From: Azolla caroliniana
Lineage: Eukaryota > Plantae > Polypodiophyta
Length of the DNA: 64,000 nt
Reading direction: 5' to 3'
NCBI GenBank assembly: GCA_043228905.1
Contig: JBHGNT010000013.1
Coordinates: 7,688,001-7,752,000 of the forward strand
The translations under genes were made by a program, and so were the position numbers. The notes below the pieces were generated by a model. It worked only from the letters and a program-made list of their open reading frames with translations. It had not been told where the DNA came from and searched no databases. Numbering within the stretch: position 1 is the stretch's first letter; every line of letters starts with the position of its first letter. This document shows, piece by piece, positions 1 to 13,485 of this stretch.

Positions 1-1305
1 CTATTCAATAGGCCCATTTCAGCTCCTTCGCTGCTATGACTCCGACTCTTGTCGACCCATCGGTTCATCCGTGTTGGTGTCAATTTCCGCTGCCTTCTTG
101 TCTGCTTGGCCCTTAGTTGTTCCGGCTCTTCCGAATCCAACTATTGAACTGAATCAGCTTCCTCCGATTTGTTCCAACTCTTGTCCGAGTTGGTAGTCTC
201 CAACTCGTCTTCCATTTTAGGCCCTTCACCACCTCGGACCACGTCCGGGTCTTGGCCTTCTTCCGGTCGGCTCTGTCCTTCTTGACTCTGTCGCAGCTGC
301 CGCTTGCTTTGACTTGTTCGGATGTGCCAACTCCTTCAGTCGGCTCGGCTTGCCCTATCTGCTCATCTCCCCCCTTGGTTCTTTCTTCCTCATCGGCTCC
401 TTGGCCAATGCCATCCGTTCTCGTTCTTGTTCTCCCCCTCAAGTGTGGCACATCGAGATACTCAATGCCGAGCATCTCCGAAAAATGTTGCAACTTGTCC
501 GATCCGAGCAGCTTGGTGAAGATGTCGGCAACCTGCCAATCCGTGTGAACATACCGAGGTTCAACTTCACGGTTCAAGACCCGCTCACGAACAAAGTGAT
601 AATGCACTTGTATGCGCTTTGTCCGAGCATGGAATACAGGGTTCTTGGCGAGTTGTATGCTGCTTACGTTGTCACAATAAATCAGGATCGGGGTCAGCAC
701 CTCGATCCAGAGGTCTCCTAGTAGTCGCCGAAGCCAGATGGCTTCATAGGTGCCAATGGTAGTGCTGCAGTACTCAACCTCAGTGCTCGATAGAGCCACT
801 GTTCGCTGCCTTTTGCCGCTCCATGCAACAACCGCGATACCAAGAGAAAACATGTAACCGGAGGTGGATTGGCGATCCAATGCATCACCAGCCCAGTCGG
901 CATCGGTATATGCGACCAACTTTCCAGCTATATCGTGTCCGTATAACAGTCCCCAGTCCTTCGTGTCGCTCACATATCGCAATAGTTGATGCGCGCACTG
1001 AAGGTGCTCCACAGTCGGCTTTTGCATAAACTGGCTGATCACCCCGACTGGATAACTAATGTAGGGTCGGGTGATCATCAAGTATATAAGGCTTCCGACA
1101 ATTTGTCGGAACCGTTTCTCATTGTAGGCCGGGCCAGAGTCAGGACATAGCTTCCCATGTGTCATTGGCATCAAATGCCTGCATTTCTTCCTCGATAGTA
1201 GCACGCCAATTTGTTGCCAATTTGCGCCTTTTGTTGCTTCTATGTAGCTCTCTAGCTCACGCACTTTCACCACCTTAGTCATGCATGCATAGTGATGTGC
1301 CATGT

Positions 1306-1500
1306 ACTCATTGTAATCGTACCTCTAGACGGCTTTCTTTTGACGGGTTGAACGGTGTAACTTTTCATTACCCGGTTTGAGGCCCTTCTTGGCTGGTTCG
1401 GACACTCATTGTAATCGTACCTCTGGACGGCTTTCTTTTCACGAGTTGACTGGCGTAACTTTTCGTTACCCGGTTTGAGGCCCTTCTTGGCCGGTTCGGA
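1306..1500. repeat. Two-copy tandem duplication, period about 98 bp, in the Copia INT-RT linker
   Basis: ACTCATTGTAATCGTACCTCT...GGCCCTTCTTGGC.GGTTCGG starts at 1306 and again at 1404. Confidence 0.85.
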
Positions 1501-3804
1501 CTTCCTTTTTGAAGATCCGCCTTCTTCCTTTCGGGGGTCAAATTCGTTCCGATCCAACCCTTCACTGTTGATATCGTATTTCAACATCTTCTTCTTCCAC
1601 TTCTCTTTGCGCGTGAATCGTCTCCTTGGTTGCTTGCGCGGGGAGAGCACATCAGAGTCTCCACTACTCGATGGTTCATCATCCGACTAGTCATCCCGAC
1701 TTAGCCGCTCGTTTGGCCCACTTTGCCGGAATGAGATCAGACTCTCATCTAGAGTACCGAAGTCTTCATCTTCTACCTGGAGCTCTTTGGGCTCACTAGC
1801 CTCATCTTCAAGAATCGGGTCGGAGTCAGAAGTTGGAATCGATAGAGAGTACCATGATGCCGATTCATCAAACTCGACATTTCGGCTTACTCGGACCTGT
1901 TTAGTCTGGGGGTTATAACACTTATACCCCTTCTGCTCATGCGAGTAACCGACTAGGATGCACTTCTTCAACATCGGATCCAGCTTCTCCGTTTCTCATC
2001 CGGTACATGCACATATGCTATGCTTCTGAATATTCGAAGGTGTTTCAAATTCGGATTCTGCTCGAAATATAGCTCATGTGCTGACACCTTGTCACTGATC
2101 CGGTTTTGGATGTAGATGGCCATCCGGACCGCCTCAGCCCAATAGAATTTGGGCATGCTCTTCTCCTCTAGCATTGCCCTTGCCGCGTCAACAATCGACC
2201 GGTTCTTTCTCTCGGCCACACCGTTTTGTTCTGGTGTGTATCAGCAATTGAATTCTCTCCGAATTCCGTTCTGTTGTAGATCACAGTTGAATTGGCCGGA
2301 AAAGTATTCTTTTCCACCATCCAACCGCAGACACTTGATCTTCCTCTCCGTTTCCCTTTCAACTAAGCTTTGAAGGTTCCGGAAACAGTCAAAGACTTCT
2401 CTTTTCTTCTTGATGAGATAGATCCACATGTGTCAGCTGTAGTCGTCGATGAAAGAGACGAAATACCGACTCCCGCCAAGACTAACGTTCTGTGTCGGTC
2501 CCCATACATCTGAATGGATTAGATCAAGCTTGTTACGGCTCCAATTTCGTTCGGTGGGGAATGGAAGCCAGTGTTGCTTCTTGAGTTGGCAGGCTTCACA
2601 TATTTGGGCCTTCCGGCCACTAAACTTCGGCAATCCGAACACAACTTGTTTCGATTGCAGATCTTGAAGCCTCCGGTAGTTCACGTGGCCGACCCGCTTA
2701 TGCCAGAGATCGATATCCGATTCAATCTTCTATTCTTTTGCAAACATGGCGGTGCCAACATCATTTGTGTTGAGGATGAACATCATCCCTTCTTTGCGCC
2801 CTTGCGTGATTATCTGGCCTTCTTCCTCAATGAAGCACCTGCATTCCCTGGTCGACTATTTGTCCGACCGATACCAGGTTCTTTGTGATAGTCGGAATGT
2901 GTACTACGTACGCCCATCGGCTTTCCCTTTTGTCCGACATGGCTTAAAGGGACTTCTCCGACCTACACAATTGAGTGAGGGGTGTCGTCTCCGGTTTCAA
3001 CAATCCCCGGTTGTTCCGGTTTCTCTAAAAATGAGAACCACTCTTAATGGCTCCTCATATGGTTAGATGCTCCGGAATCAACGTACCACACTTCCTCCGG
3101 TCCGGAAGTGTTCTTCTTCATCGAGTTGGCCATGTGCTTCATCACAAAGGTTGGCCCCTTTCCGGTCTTCTCGGTTCCAGATCCTTCCGATCCTTCGGCG
3201 TATTGCAAGCTTTGCTAGTTTCCTTGTCAGATCTTGCTAGATCTAGATTTATCCGAATCGGTGTGCTTCTTCCAACTCTCACTTTCTCTGTGGCCTTTCT
3301 TGCCATAGTACCAGCATTCTATTTCGGCCTTTCCTTACCGGTTTCCGTCACTGGCTTGACTCCCCCTGCTTGTGGAGGGTTCGGTTCTGCTCTTGCCGGC
3401 CGCCTCCATTGCGTGCCGACCCACCTCGTCCTCCACCCCCATGGGGTCGATCTGCCTCTGTGTATAGCATCCGACTGTCCGATTGAGTGGTCCTTGACCC
3501 ACTCGCGTGGTTTTCTTCGATCATCAACATTTATTGTAAGGTGAAGAAGGATGATAGTTTCTCCTGGGTGCAAATTGCCATCCGGATTGGCCCGTACCAT
3601 TGTGCTAGACCACCGAGACAGATCTGGACCATCTCTTCTTCGTCCACCATCACATGGATGGACCCGAGCACGTCACAAATCTCCTTTATCTTAGTGTTGT
3701 AGTCCATAACCGACATATCTCTTTGCCGGATGTTGTTCAACTCTTGTCGGAGCTACAACTTACGAGCTGTGGTACCGTCGGCTGTAGAGGTTCTCAACCC
3801 TCGT

Positions 3805-3816
3805 GCTTTGATACCA
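3805..3816 (-). promoter_or_regulatory. tRNA-iMet primer-binding site
   Basis: Minus strand TGGTATCAAAGC directly after the LTR-terminal CA. Confidence 0.9.
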
Positions 3817-4229
3817 TGTGAAAGTTAGCATGCAGAAGGTTGACAAAACCGGATTAGCCGGGTAGCAACAAATAATAGAAAACATAGGTTCAATGGAAGC
3901 TTGAGAATATTTAGCATACACGGGAGAGACAGAGAGAGAGAAGAACATAAAAATCTATTCTAAAATAATAATCCTCTCTGTACATAGAATGTGCTCAAAG
4001 AGCAATTTTATACAAGTCCATAAAGGACTGATAGAAGTACTGACAGTTACTTCAATGCTCATACGAGTGACTGTCACTGACTCCCAAAAATATGCCTACA
4101 TACTATGCTGGATCCGTAGTCCTCTAATGGCATACCGGTTTCAATCTGATCCAGCTCCTGGTTCCGAATATCATCCGGACACCGATCTGGTTCTCCGATT
4201 CGGATCTGGTTGAACTTGCTCGCTCAACA
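3817..4229 (-). repeat. Copia 5' LTR
   Basis: TG...CA ends, next to the PBS, similar along its length to 49469-49882. Confidence 0.88.
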
Positions 4230-5210
4230 CTTTTGTAAGTCTGTTATCTGTGCATTGTTCCCTGCTTCTGCTTGCATGAGTTTTTCTTCAGCTACCAAGA
4301 GATCTAATCTTTTCTTTTCGTACCTAGCCTCTAATTCTGTGCAACGTGTTTGTAATTCAGTGTTTGCCGATTCCAATTGTCGTTTTTCTTTGTTATGCAC
4401 CTCTTGTGTTGTGGTCTTTTGAAGTTCAGCTTCGGCCCATTGTGTTGCAAAATAGTCTTCCTGAATGCGAACATATTCTTCTACCTCCAATATTTGTTCT
4501 GTTTGTTGTTTGTTTTCCTCCTGTTGTTGCGTCAATTGTTTTTAAGCCGTTTCATCACATTATCCTTCGCTTCCAGCCATTTGCCGATTTCAGTCTTAGC
4601 TAAAGCTTATTCGGTCCGCCATTTTTTGAACTTTGGTTTCCGCTTCTTCTGCTCTGGTTGTTGTAGCACTGATTCTTCTTTCGGCTTCATGTAACTTCTG
4701 ATGAAATTCCTTATCAGACTTTGAAAGTCTGTCAGGTAACTGTCTTGCCTGTAGTTGGTCCTCAGGTTTTTTCAATTTTTCTTCTGTTTGTCGAAGCCTA
4801 TCCAACAATTCCTCTTTTTCGGCTTGCCTTTTTGTACATTGCTCATTTAGTTGCTCTATTGCTACCGTTTCATTGTTATAGGCTTCTGCCATATCTCTGG
4901 CTGCCCTGCTTGCTTTCTCGTATTCCCTAAGCACTTCCACAAGTTCTTCGTGTAAGGACAACATTTGAATTGCCTTTCCCCTAGTCTTGGCATTCCGTTG
5001 TCGCCCGATGCAATCGATTTCTTGTTGTTCCTCCGGTTCGACAACACCAATTAGTGATTTCTGGATCATAATACTATCCTTGTGCTCTTGTGCCAATCTT
5101 TCCAAGACTTCCTGCATTTTGTGCGCTAACCATTCAACCAATTCATAGGAAGTTCCGAATTGTAGAATAGTTGCTAGTTCGTGTGCTGCCGGAGATACTT
5201 CGGAAAAACC
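4230..5210 (-). pseudogene. Fragment of the Gypsy accessory coiled-coil ORF (homologue of 31030-32136)
   Basis: AHELATILQFGTSYELVEWLA...GRQRNAKTR...LVEVLREYEKASRAARDMA aligns with AHEFSALLQFGTSFELMEFLA...GRQRNAGVR...LVEVHRELAKVSTGAKEMA. Confidence 0.8.
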
Positions 5211-5969
5211 TTAGGGTAAAAGCATGCGAGTGGAAACACTATTATAGCTAATTAGCTACTAAAATGGCTACAACTAATTAGCTATTTGTTTAGCTAGTTT
5301 TTTGTGGGAAAATCATAAGGATGGTTTACGAAATTTTATGTTTTATTAGTTAAATACATGTCATTTAATTTATGACAATACTCAAATATTTGAACTTTGG
5401 TTTCTGACGTAGTGGAACATGGGGAATAATGCCATCATCTAAGGTCGACTTGAATGTCATCAAATTCTTGATAATCCCGAGTTCGAGTTCGAACTCCAAA
5501 CAGATGGAGTACTCTGAGCATGAACGCAAATGAAGCTCCCGCAGCAGTACAAAAACTCCGAGATCGACATTGGAGTCCCAAACAAGGATGTCTCGAAGAT
5601 CAGGGTGTAGTAGCAAGTGTGTTTCTAATTGATAGAATTTCGTAGTATGGTTGATTTTTGCCTTTAGTGATGATCAGGGTTTGTGTTTCCCTTAAGTGGT
5701 TTAGGGTTTCTGATTACAAATTTCAGATTACAAGTTTCTAGTTACAAATATCTGATTACTGTGGCAATGTTTTGTAATTTTGCACCAATTCTCATGACAA
5801 ATTCTGATTAGGGTTTCTGATTGTTTTAGTGGTTGATTTTTCTAATACATGTTGAAAAGGACAAATTACAAATTTCAGATTACTATCTCAAAGTGTTGTA
5901 ATTTTGCACCAAATTCACATTAAAAATTATGTTTTTGCACCAATTCTAATTACTGATTTTCTATTTCAG

Positions 5970-7288
5970 GTGGCTCGTTCCTCCCTATCGTAGAGTGCTA
6001 AACTTCACAAAATTTTGCGAGCCAAAGGAGGACTTTCACAACATATATGGTCTATCGTTCGAGGGTATTGACCCTGCTATTCTAACAGATAGATTGATTA
6101 GTGATGTAGACTGGATGTTAGTATATAAAGTGCCTAGAGTGAAAGGCAAGGTCAAGCTCAAGCATGTACGGCCAAACCTGTACGACTACTGCATGAGACT
6201 ACATTAGAAAGTACATCAAGAGATCTCGCTCAACAACGAGTTGTCCGTTTCATTTGCTAGAGCTTTTGCATACGAGTATTGCAAAATAGCGAAGTAATCT
6301 CATGACCCTGAAATGTATAGGGTAGCTTGGGCAATTTATGGTGAGGCATCGGTAGAAAGATGTCGGAAGATGGGGAGCTTGCAACAAAAAATTGCAAGAT
6401 TTTGGAGCATGGCAGTTGATGATGCAATTGTCTACTCCCAACAAACCCGCAAGTATACGCCACACCGACACACAATGAAATCCAATGTCAATGATACAGG
6501 TGAGACATTGATATGCTAAAAAATGTCCATGAAGCCTGTGAGACATTTGAGTTTTTTAAGACTGATTTAGAGAAAGCAACATTGGCTGCTGCGATAGAGA
6601 GCAAAGTCACTTTGGCAGTTACAACAATCAGAAATAAGATTCATGTACCTATTGTTTTGCCAGTATGTAATATGTTATAAATAACTTGTACATGAAAATG
6701 TGCTACTGAGGCATTATCTGGAACAGGTTGCTCAACATGAGCTTGAAATTGAGGGGTCGCTGGATTCCTAGCGGAAAATTCAACTACAGACAAAGATCTA
6801 GGTTCTTTTAATGAACCTGGACCTTCTAGGTGTAAATATTGTCGTTGATTACAATTTGGACAAGCTACAAGTAAGTTAATGATTCTTGTTTCTTGTTGTT
6901 GTATCTTCCTCATTAATGAATAATTAATTGGTAAATTTCTCGGTTGCGTTGAAGGAACAATACTCCCGTCAAGAATAGGTAGTTAGCTGCCTTAAGAAGC
7001 AGCTACATTTTGCGGAGGGGATGGTAAGGAGCAGACAAGAATTGGACCAGAACATTCTTGCTCCCTTACCAAATGAAGGAGAACCAAGAAACGATATATT
7101 GACTGTTCAAGCACGTTGCATCGCTTGTGGATAACGTGTAGAGGACAAATCAGTTACTCTGTTGGTTCACCTACAACCATGCCAGCATGCATACCATATC
7201 GTTTGTTTTCAATATGCATGTCGCATTGCTGCATTCTGTTTGGGGGATTGTAGTATAGCTCTCCCAGATGAGTGGAGAAAACACACAG
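5970..7288 (+). pseudogene. Decayed exon-like coding fragments including a RING-H2 finger (7117-7251)
   Basis: Manual translation CIACG*-x15-CQHAYHIVC-x10-CLGDC then a GT donor at 7289; TTTCAG acceptor near 5969 precedes ORF pieces 5995-6519. Confidence 0.55.
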
Positions 7289-7309
7289 GTAAAATTGTTG
7301 CTTGTGACC

Positions 7310-8376
7310 ATAGTGTAGCTAATTAGTTCAATCTTTGCTAATTAGGTAAGTTGTATAAAGTGTGGAAACTATTTAGTTGTTATGGTTGTAGTGTAGTAGC
7401 TAATTACCTAACATGTAGTTAATTAGCTAAGTGGTAGCTAATTAGCTACTACCATACTTTAGCTGAGTAGCTAATTAGCTAAGTGGTAGCCAATTAGCTA
7501 CTACCATAGTTTAGTTGAGTAACTAAGTAGCTAAGTGGTAGTTAATTAGCTACTACCATAGTTGAATACAATAGCTAATTATCTACTACCAGACTTTAGT
7601 TGAGTAACTAATTAGCTAAGTGGTAGCTAATTAACTACTACAATACTTTAGCTAAGTAGCTAATTAGGTACTACCAGAGTTTAGTACAGTAGCTAATTAG
7701 CTACTACCATACTTTAGCTGAGTAGTTAATTAGCTAAGTGGTAGCTATTTAGCTACCACCATAGTTTAGTACAGTAGCTAATTAGCTAAGTAGTAGCTAG
7801 TTAGCTACTACCATACTTCAGTTGAGTAGCTAATTAGCTACTACCATAGTTTAGTACAGTAGCTAATTAGCTAAGTGGTAGCTAATTAGCTACTACCATA
7901 CGTTAGCTGCGTAGCTAATTAGCTAAGTGGTAGCTAATTAGCTACTACCATAGTTTAATACAGTAGCTAATTAGCTACTACCATAGTTTAGTATAGTAGC
8001 TAATTAGCTACTACCATAATTTAGTACAATAGCTAATTAGCTAAGTGGTAGCTAATTAGTTATTGCCATACGTTAGCTGAGTAGCTAATTAGCTACTACC
8101 ATACTTTAACTTAGTAACTAATTAGCTAAGTGGTAGCTAATTAGCTACTACCATAGTTTAGTACAGTAGCTAATTAGCTAAGTGGTAAATAATTAGCTAC
8201 TACCATAGTTTAGTACAATAGCTAATTAGCTACCACTTAGCTAATTAGCTACTACCATAATTTAGCTGAGTAGCTAATTATGTAAGTGGTAGCTAATTAG
8301 CTACTGTACTACACTATGGTAGTAGCTAATTAGCTACCACTTAGCTAATTAGTTACTTAGTTAAAGTATGGTAGTA
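7310..8376. repeat. About 1 kb satellite-like array built on the palindrome TAGCTAATTAGCTA
   Basis: Dozens of AGTAGCTAATTAGCTA units joined by CTACCATAGTTTAGTAC or AGTGG spacers; a few units also at 5244-5298. Confidence 0.95.
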
Positions 8377-10360
8377 TATTTTTCAAGGTTTGCACACTTA
8401 TGTGACCGATTCTTTTATGCCACATTTCCACATTTGAGATTACACTTATTCCTTTTGCAAACATGGTTGTAATCTTTTTTGGCATATCCACATCTAACAC
8501 AAACATTCTTCCTTGACGTTTTCCTTTTGCAATAAGCTTTCCCTGTTTCTCTATAAAGCATCCACTTTGCTTAATCTTAACTTGCATTCCTTGCTCTACT
8601 GTTTGTCCAACAGAAATTAGATTTTTTGCAAGGTTTACAACATGCATCACATTCAACATATATTTTGTTTTTCCTTTTTCTTCCCACAATGGGATATCTC
8701 CAACATGCTCGATTGTATGAGTGGTGTTATCGCATGTCTGTACATAACCAAGAATATCTGGTTCTCTTAGACTTTCAAACCAATTTGCATGTCCTGCCAT
8801 ATGATTAACTGCCCCAAAATCTACATACCACATAAAATCTTCATTACATCTCTGTGAACATTCAGCCATTGCTGTTGTTTCATGTTGCGTCACAAATGCA
8901 CCATCTTTGTCACAATCTTCACTAGTTGAAGCATAATTATTTTGTTGTCTCTTCCCTCTTTTTTCATCATTTTGCTTTTTATAGCATTCAGCATGTGTAT
9001 GGCCTGGTTTTCCACAATACCAACAACCAGCATCATTCAAAAAAGTTTGCTTACCTCTACCTCAATTGCTCCCCCTGCCTCTGATGTTTCTTCCATTTGT
9101 AGCCTATTGTCCTCTTCCTTGATTGTTGTTGGTTCTAGCTGAACCAACTCTTCCATGGCCTCTTCCTCGGCCTCTTCCAGCACTATTGTAGAGGGTTTTC
9201 CCCTCAGTCTCAGAGTTTCCTTTGTTTACATCATCCATCTGATTTCTTTCTTCCTCTACAAGCATTGAAACTAGATCTGGAAAACTTGGGATGCTATCCC
9301 TTGTGAGAATAGATGTTTTGAAGCTTTTATATTGAGGTCCTAAGCCTCTTAAGCATATTTCCACCTTATCATCATCTTCTACCTTCACATTAATGGAAGC
9401 AAGTGATTCACATATGCTCTTTATATTCAGAGCATACTCATTCACTGACATCTTACCTTTTTCCAAGGTATTTAGCTCGGTCTTCAACTGAAGCTTTCTA
9501 GCCTTTGTGTTTATTGCAAATAGATTTACCAAACTGTCCCAAGCTTCTTTTGGAAGCAGAGCATCTTGTATGTGTCCAAGCATCGAATTTGAGATGCTAA
9601 GTGACAACCAATGCAATACTTTCCTTGCCCCTTGATTCCATTCCTTAAATGCTTTAATTTGTGCAGCAATTGGATTTTCTTCAGGGATCTCTGGAGCCTC
9701 TTCTAGGTCTCCTTCAATATAATCCCAATATCCTTTTCCCATCAGGAAATTTGTCATTCTAAATTTCCACGCAGGGAAATTATTTTTGTCAAATTTTTCT
9801 GTGATATTTGGCTTCCATTCTCAGCAGTCATTCTCTCTTTCAAATTAGGGCTTTTGCTACGTTTAACTTCATAGACAACTTTCTGATTCAGATCAACAAC
9901 CAAAAACAAACTTCTCGTATCTGTATTGTTCCTCTTTACGAGCAACTCTACTCTGATACCATGTTACGAAAGCACTACGACTCTTCTTTTTGCACAACGA
10001 ATCATGATGTGCTGGATCGTTAGTGTGCTCAAGACAGAAAGAAAGGGGGAAAGAGATTTACCTCTGTAACAATCCAAAAGCTTCTATTTCATTACACACA
10101 GAGCTCAACTCGCTCTTGTCAGATTTCTATTTTTCTATTCTTTTTCTTCTCTATGCTTTCTGTATCTACTACTTACTCTCTTACTTTTTACCTAAGTTAT
10201 AAGTGACTTTCATATGCAGCTAATTAGTTGTGAGTAGCTAATTAGCTTTGACTAACTAAATAGTTGTGCATAGCTAAATAGTTGTTTCAGCTTTATGTCC
10301 ACTAGTAGCTAATTTCCAAATAGCTACTATAGAATATCTCACTTACCAATATGCATCACA
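8377..10360 (-). mobile_element. Ty1/Copia 5' fragment (LTR 9962-10360, PBS 9951-9961, gag, protease, GAG-pre-integrase)
   Basis: TGTGATG...GTAACA followed by TGGTATCAGAG on minus; gag 9104-9757; CWYCGKPGHTHAEC; WYVDFGAVNHM; WHKRIGH; truncated at the satellite. Confidence 0.9.
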
Positions 10361-12368
10361 TACCTTTGTTGAGCTTGTTTCTCAACAGGCCTCACCATGT
10401 TCATATTGTGGATGACTAGCTTCGTTGAAATCATCGCTTTCTCTCTAGGAATCATGCTGAAATTGCCTCAATGCTTTTGGCTTATTAAATTTCTTGTTTG
10501 GTGGTCGATTATTACGTTTGCGGTTTTCCTAATAACGACCCCTCTATATTGTTCCCGGTGACCATTTTCTCGAGGTGGCGAATAATCTTGATCCCGATTA
10601 TTGCGATCATCCCTTCGATAATCGTTTTGTCGATCCTCCTCTCAACTTGAATCATAACTATCATTTCACATGTAATCATTCCGATTATTATTGTTATTTT
10701 GTTGTCGAGACTCGTCTCGTCGATCTGAATAATAGTTGTTATCATACCGATCATCCTCCTGAGATCGGTTGGTGAACCTATTTCAGGCGTCCTGGTAAGA
10801 ATCCTCTGGATGAATTTGTCTTACAAAGGTTGTCGCCTTATTTAGCAAATTGTATTCACATTGCTCTACAGAATGAGCTTTGGAATGACATATTGTGCAA
10901 TGAGTGCGCAAACTACATTCGATTGTTGAATGCCCAATGTTGAGACAAGTTGTACATTGTACTACTTGTCGAAATTGTAACTCTTCCAGTCTCGGCAAAT
11001 TATTGTATAGTGCTGACATATCTATACTTTTCTTATTTTTGTGAGTTCGATCCATAGCGAGTGCTTTATCAATCACTTGATCAATTGACTAATTCTGAAA
11101 ATCGAACACTGCTAGAGTTGTCCTCAATGGTTCACGGATTGCTTCCAAGAATATATCTTTCAATTCCTCATCTGGAATTGTCTTCGAAATTTGAAGTTGC
11201 AAATTCTGAAACCGAATAACCAATTGTGACACTGTTTCATGCGGTTCCTGATAAGATGCATAGAATTGAGCGATCAGATCTTTCTAAGGGATCTATCAAT
11301 GAAATAATTGGGTGAATTTGGAGGTTAACTGTTTGAATGTATCGAACGCTCGTAGGCCATTTTGAGTAAACCAATTTGCTAACGGGCCATCCAATGATAA
11401 GACAAACTCAGCAAATTTAGACTTATCTTCGGCTACTGCTGACAGTCTCTGAGCTCCATGGTTTATTTCCCATGTTGTCAAAAATTCCCTAATATGCGCT
11501 TCTACATCAGCGTCGTCTCGATATTTCGAGTAAGGGTAAGGCATATTGTCTTCACCCAGATATCGTAAAATGATACCTCTTCAGACTGTTGATCGTCCGA
11601 ATAATTATCGGTTAAGTCGGGAATTGAAGACCACCTCTGACCCGTGTGTTGTTGATCAGTAGCAGAATTTTCTTCGACACTTTGCTTGACTGATCGTGTA
11701 CGAGAGCGTTTACGTCTAATTGATGTATCCGAACTAGACGACATCCATTCGACTTGTTCTGTGCTGAAGGCAAATGTAACCGGGCGTGCCAAAATTACTG
11801 TGGTGATCAGTCGACAATCAACACCTATGACTGACAACTAGTAGTGTTGAACGTTCAATCCCCGAATGTTCTATCAAGAAACTGTGGAGTACGAATGGAA
11901 TGTTGAATTACTCCTATGTAGACTAACGATACAATATACTTGTATCGTGACCAACTAATTGGTATAAAACAGTTATGGTTAGTATGTAAATGAACAGAAT
12001 CCGAAATAGAAATAATATTCTAAACAACACCACACATGTCTTTCCTACTAACTAATAACTATATTAACTTCCCAAAATAGATGATAGTGTTACAATGCCT
12101 TGGGTTCCTTTTCCTTTTTTTATAGGTAACCCGTTGGACTGATACGTCAAGAATTACAACTTGCCTTATCGGCAAGAACTATAAAACTCTAACTAACTCT
12201 GATTTTCATAATTACTTTTTCACTAGTTGACAAAATTGTTGACTCATCGATCCAACTCCAACACTGTCTTTTCCGAACATTGTCGACTCTGACGTTTTCA
12301 TACTTGTCTGATGCCTTCCCTGACCGGCTAACATTGATGGTGGAGTTAGACTCCATATATTGGGCATC
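10361..12368 (-). mobile_element. Ty3/Gypsy (non-chromovirus) 5' fragment: LTR ~11799-12368, tRNA-Arg-type PBS 11779-11791, gag with two zinc knuckles
   Basis: Minus TGGCACGCCCGGT after LTR CA; gag 11296-11544; CTTCLNIGHSTIEC and CTICHSKAHSVEQC; outer LTR boundary uncertain. Confidence 0.75.
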
Positions 12369-13485
12369 AAATCCAATAACTATATTTTTTGAGGAAACGA
12401 AGAGAAAAAGGCTAGTAATAAATTGAGGAAAATTAGCATGTATTATTTTACAATTATGCAAAAAAGGCTACACGTTATGATCAACTCAAACTCAAGACCA
12501 TAGACCTATAACCATTCAATATAGGAGTAAGATATAAAGGTCAAACAAAATTGTGACGAGAAGAAAAACTCATAAAATGTTCCACTCGTGATTTCTAACC
12601 CTAATATTCACTCATTATTAGATAATGGCTGGTGTGATGCATTACCAATATACATCTAATGCAAACTCCATGAGATTGATTTGGCATCTATAATCAACAT
12701 AGGCCAAACAGAGTTCATACACAATCAAAAGAATCATGACTTAAACTGGATTTCTTACGCTATTCAACATTAGCAGTTCTAACTTTAGAATGTCTTGATC
12801 AACTCGATTTCTGGCAGGAATGAATATTTGTAGTTTAAACTTTAGAATCTGTTGACAAACTATGTCTAAACAATTACAAGGTTGTATCGGAGTATTAACT
12901 AGTATCCAATTCTTATCCCAAAACACAAGCCAATGAGATATGTCCTGTGCTATTCACTATGATGAAGCAAATAACCACAATTTTTAGCATAGTCTCTTCC
13001 ATTAAATGAAAACACTACATCATTATTAAGAATTTAAAGCAAAAAGGCATATACATGTATTCCACGTAATTCAGAATTCCAAACCAAAGATTTCCATCTA
13101 TATACAGATTAAAAATGAAAACACAACCATATGTCCAATACAATGCAGTCAACCTGTAATTTGTATCAAAGATTGTACAACATGATGTAGAAAATCATCA
13201 CACCCCTTTTTATGTAATACACTTATATCGCTAGCTGGAATTTTCAATGTCAGGCCAGACACATGCACACACAAAATATTAACTACCTCTCATTGCCATG
13301 CAAGTAACTTAATGAGAGAGGAGAGTAGACCAATAAAGATGTGACTACTGTTCAGTGAAAGTGTGTATTCACATCAGATAGAGTTACAAAAGAGAGTCTT
13401 TTGTGTTAAATAACGGTCTCATGATAATAGAAAACACCTGCAAACTTCATTGGGAATTCCAAATTTGTGAAGAAAAGGAAACTGG

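Larger units (their letters stand above)
1..4229 (-). mobile_element. Ty1/Copia LTR retrotransposon, decayed, internally deleted (most of RT and the gag N-terminus missing); 3' end runs off the window
   Basis: Minus-strand fragments in Copia order: gag (3531-3740), CCHC knuckle (~3270-3320), protease (~2900-3100), GAG-pre-integrase/integrase (HSDVWGP, LDGGKEY, AERKNRS; 1687-2700), RNase H (YTDADWAGD, IYCDN, ADIFTK; 113-1100). Confidence 0.93.

Noticed and set aside
6641-6913. 90-aa minus-strand ORF with CPNC
   Set aside because: Only one CxxC, and no homologue in the window; cannot be supported as a gene
7310-8376. CRISPR-like repeat/spacer appearance
   Set aside because: The spacers are themselves repeated, there are no cas genes, and the context is eukaryotic; it is a satellite
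5213-10365. Terminal inverted repeats pairing 5213-5250 with 10320-10365
   Set aside because: The similarity is weak, there is no matching TSD, and the right side is better explained as the Copia LTR start
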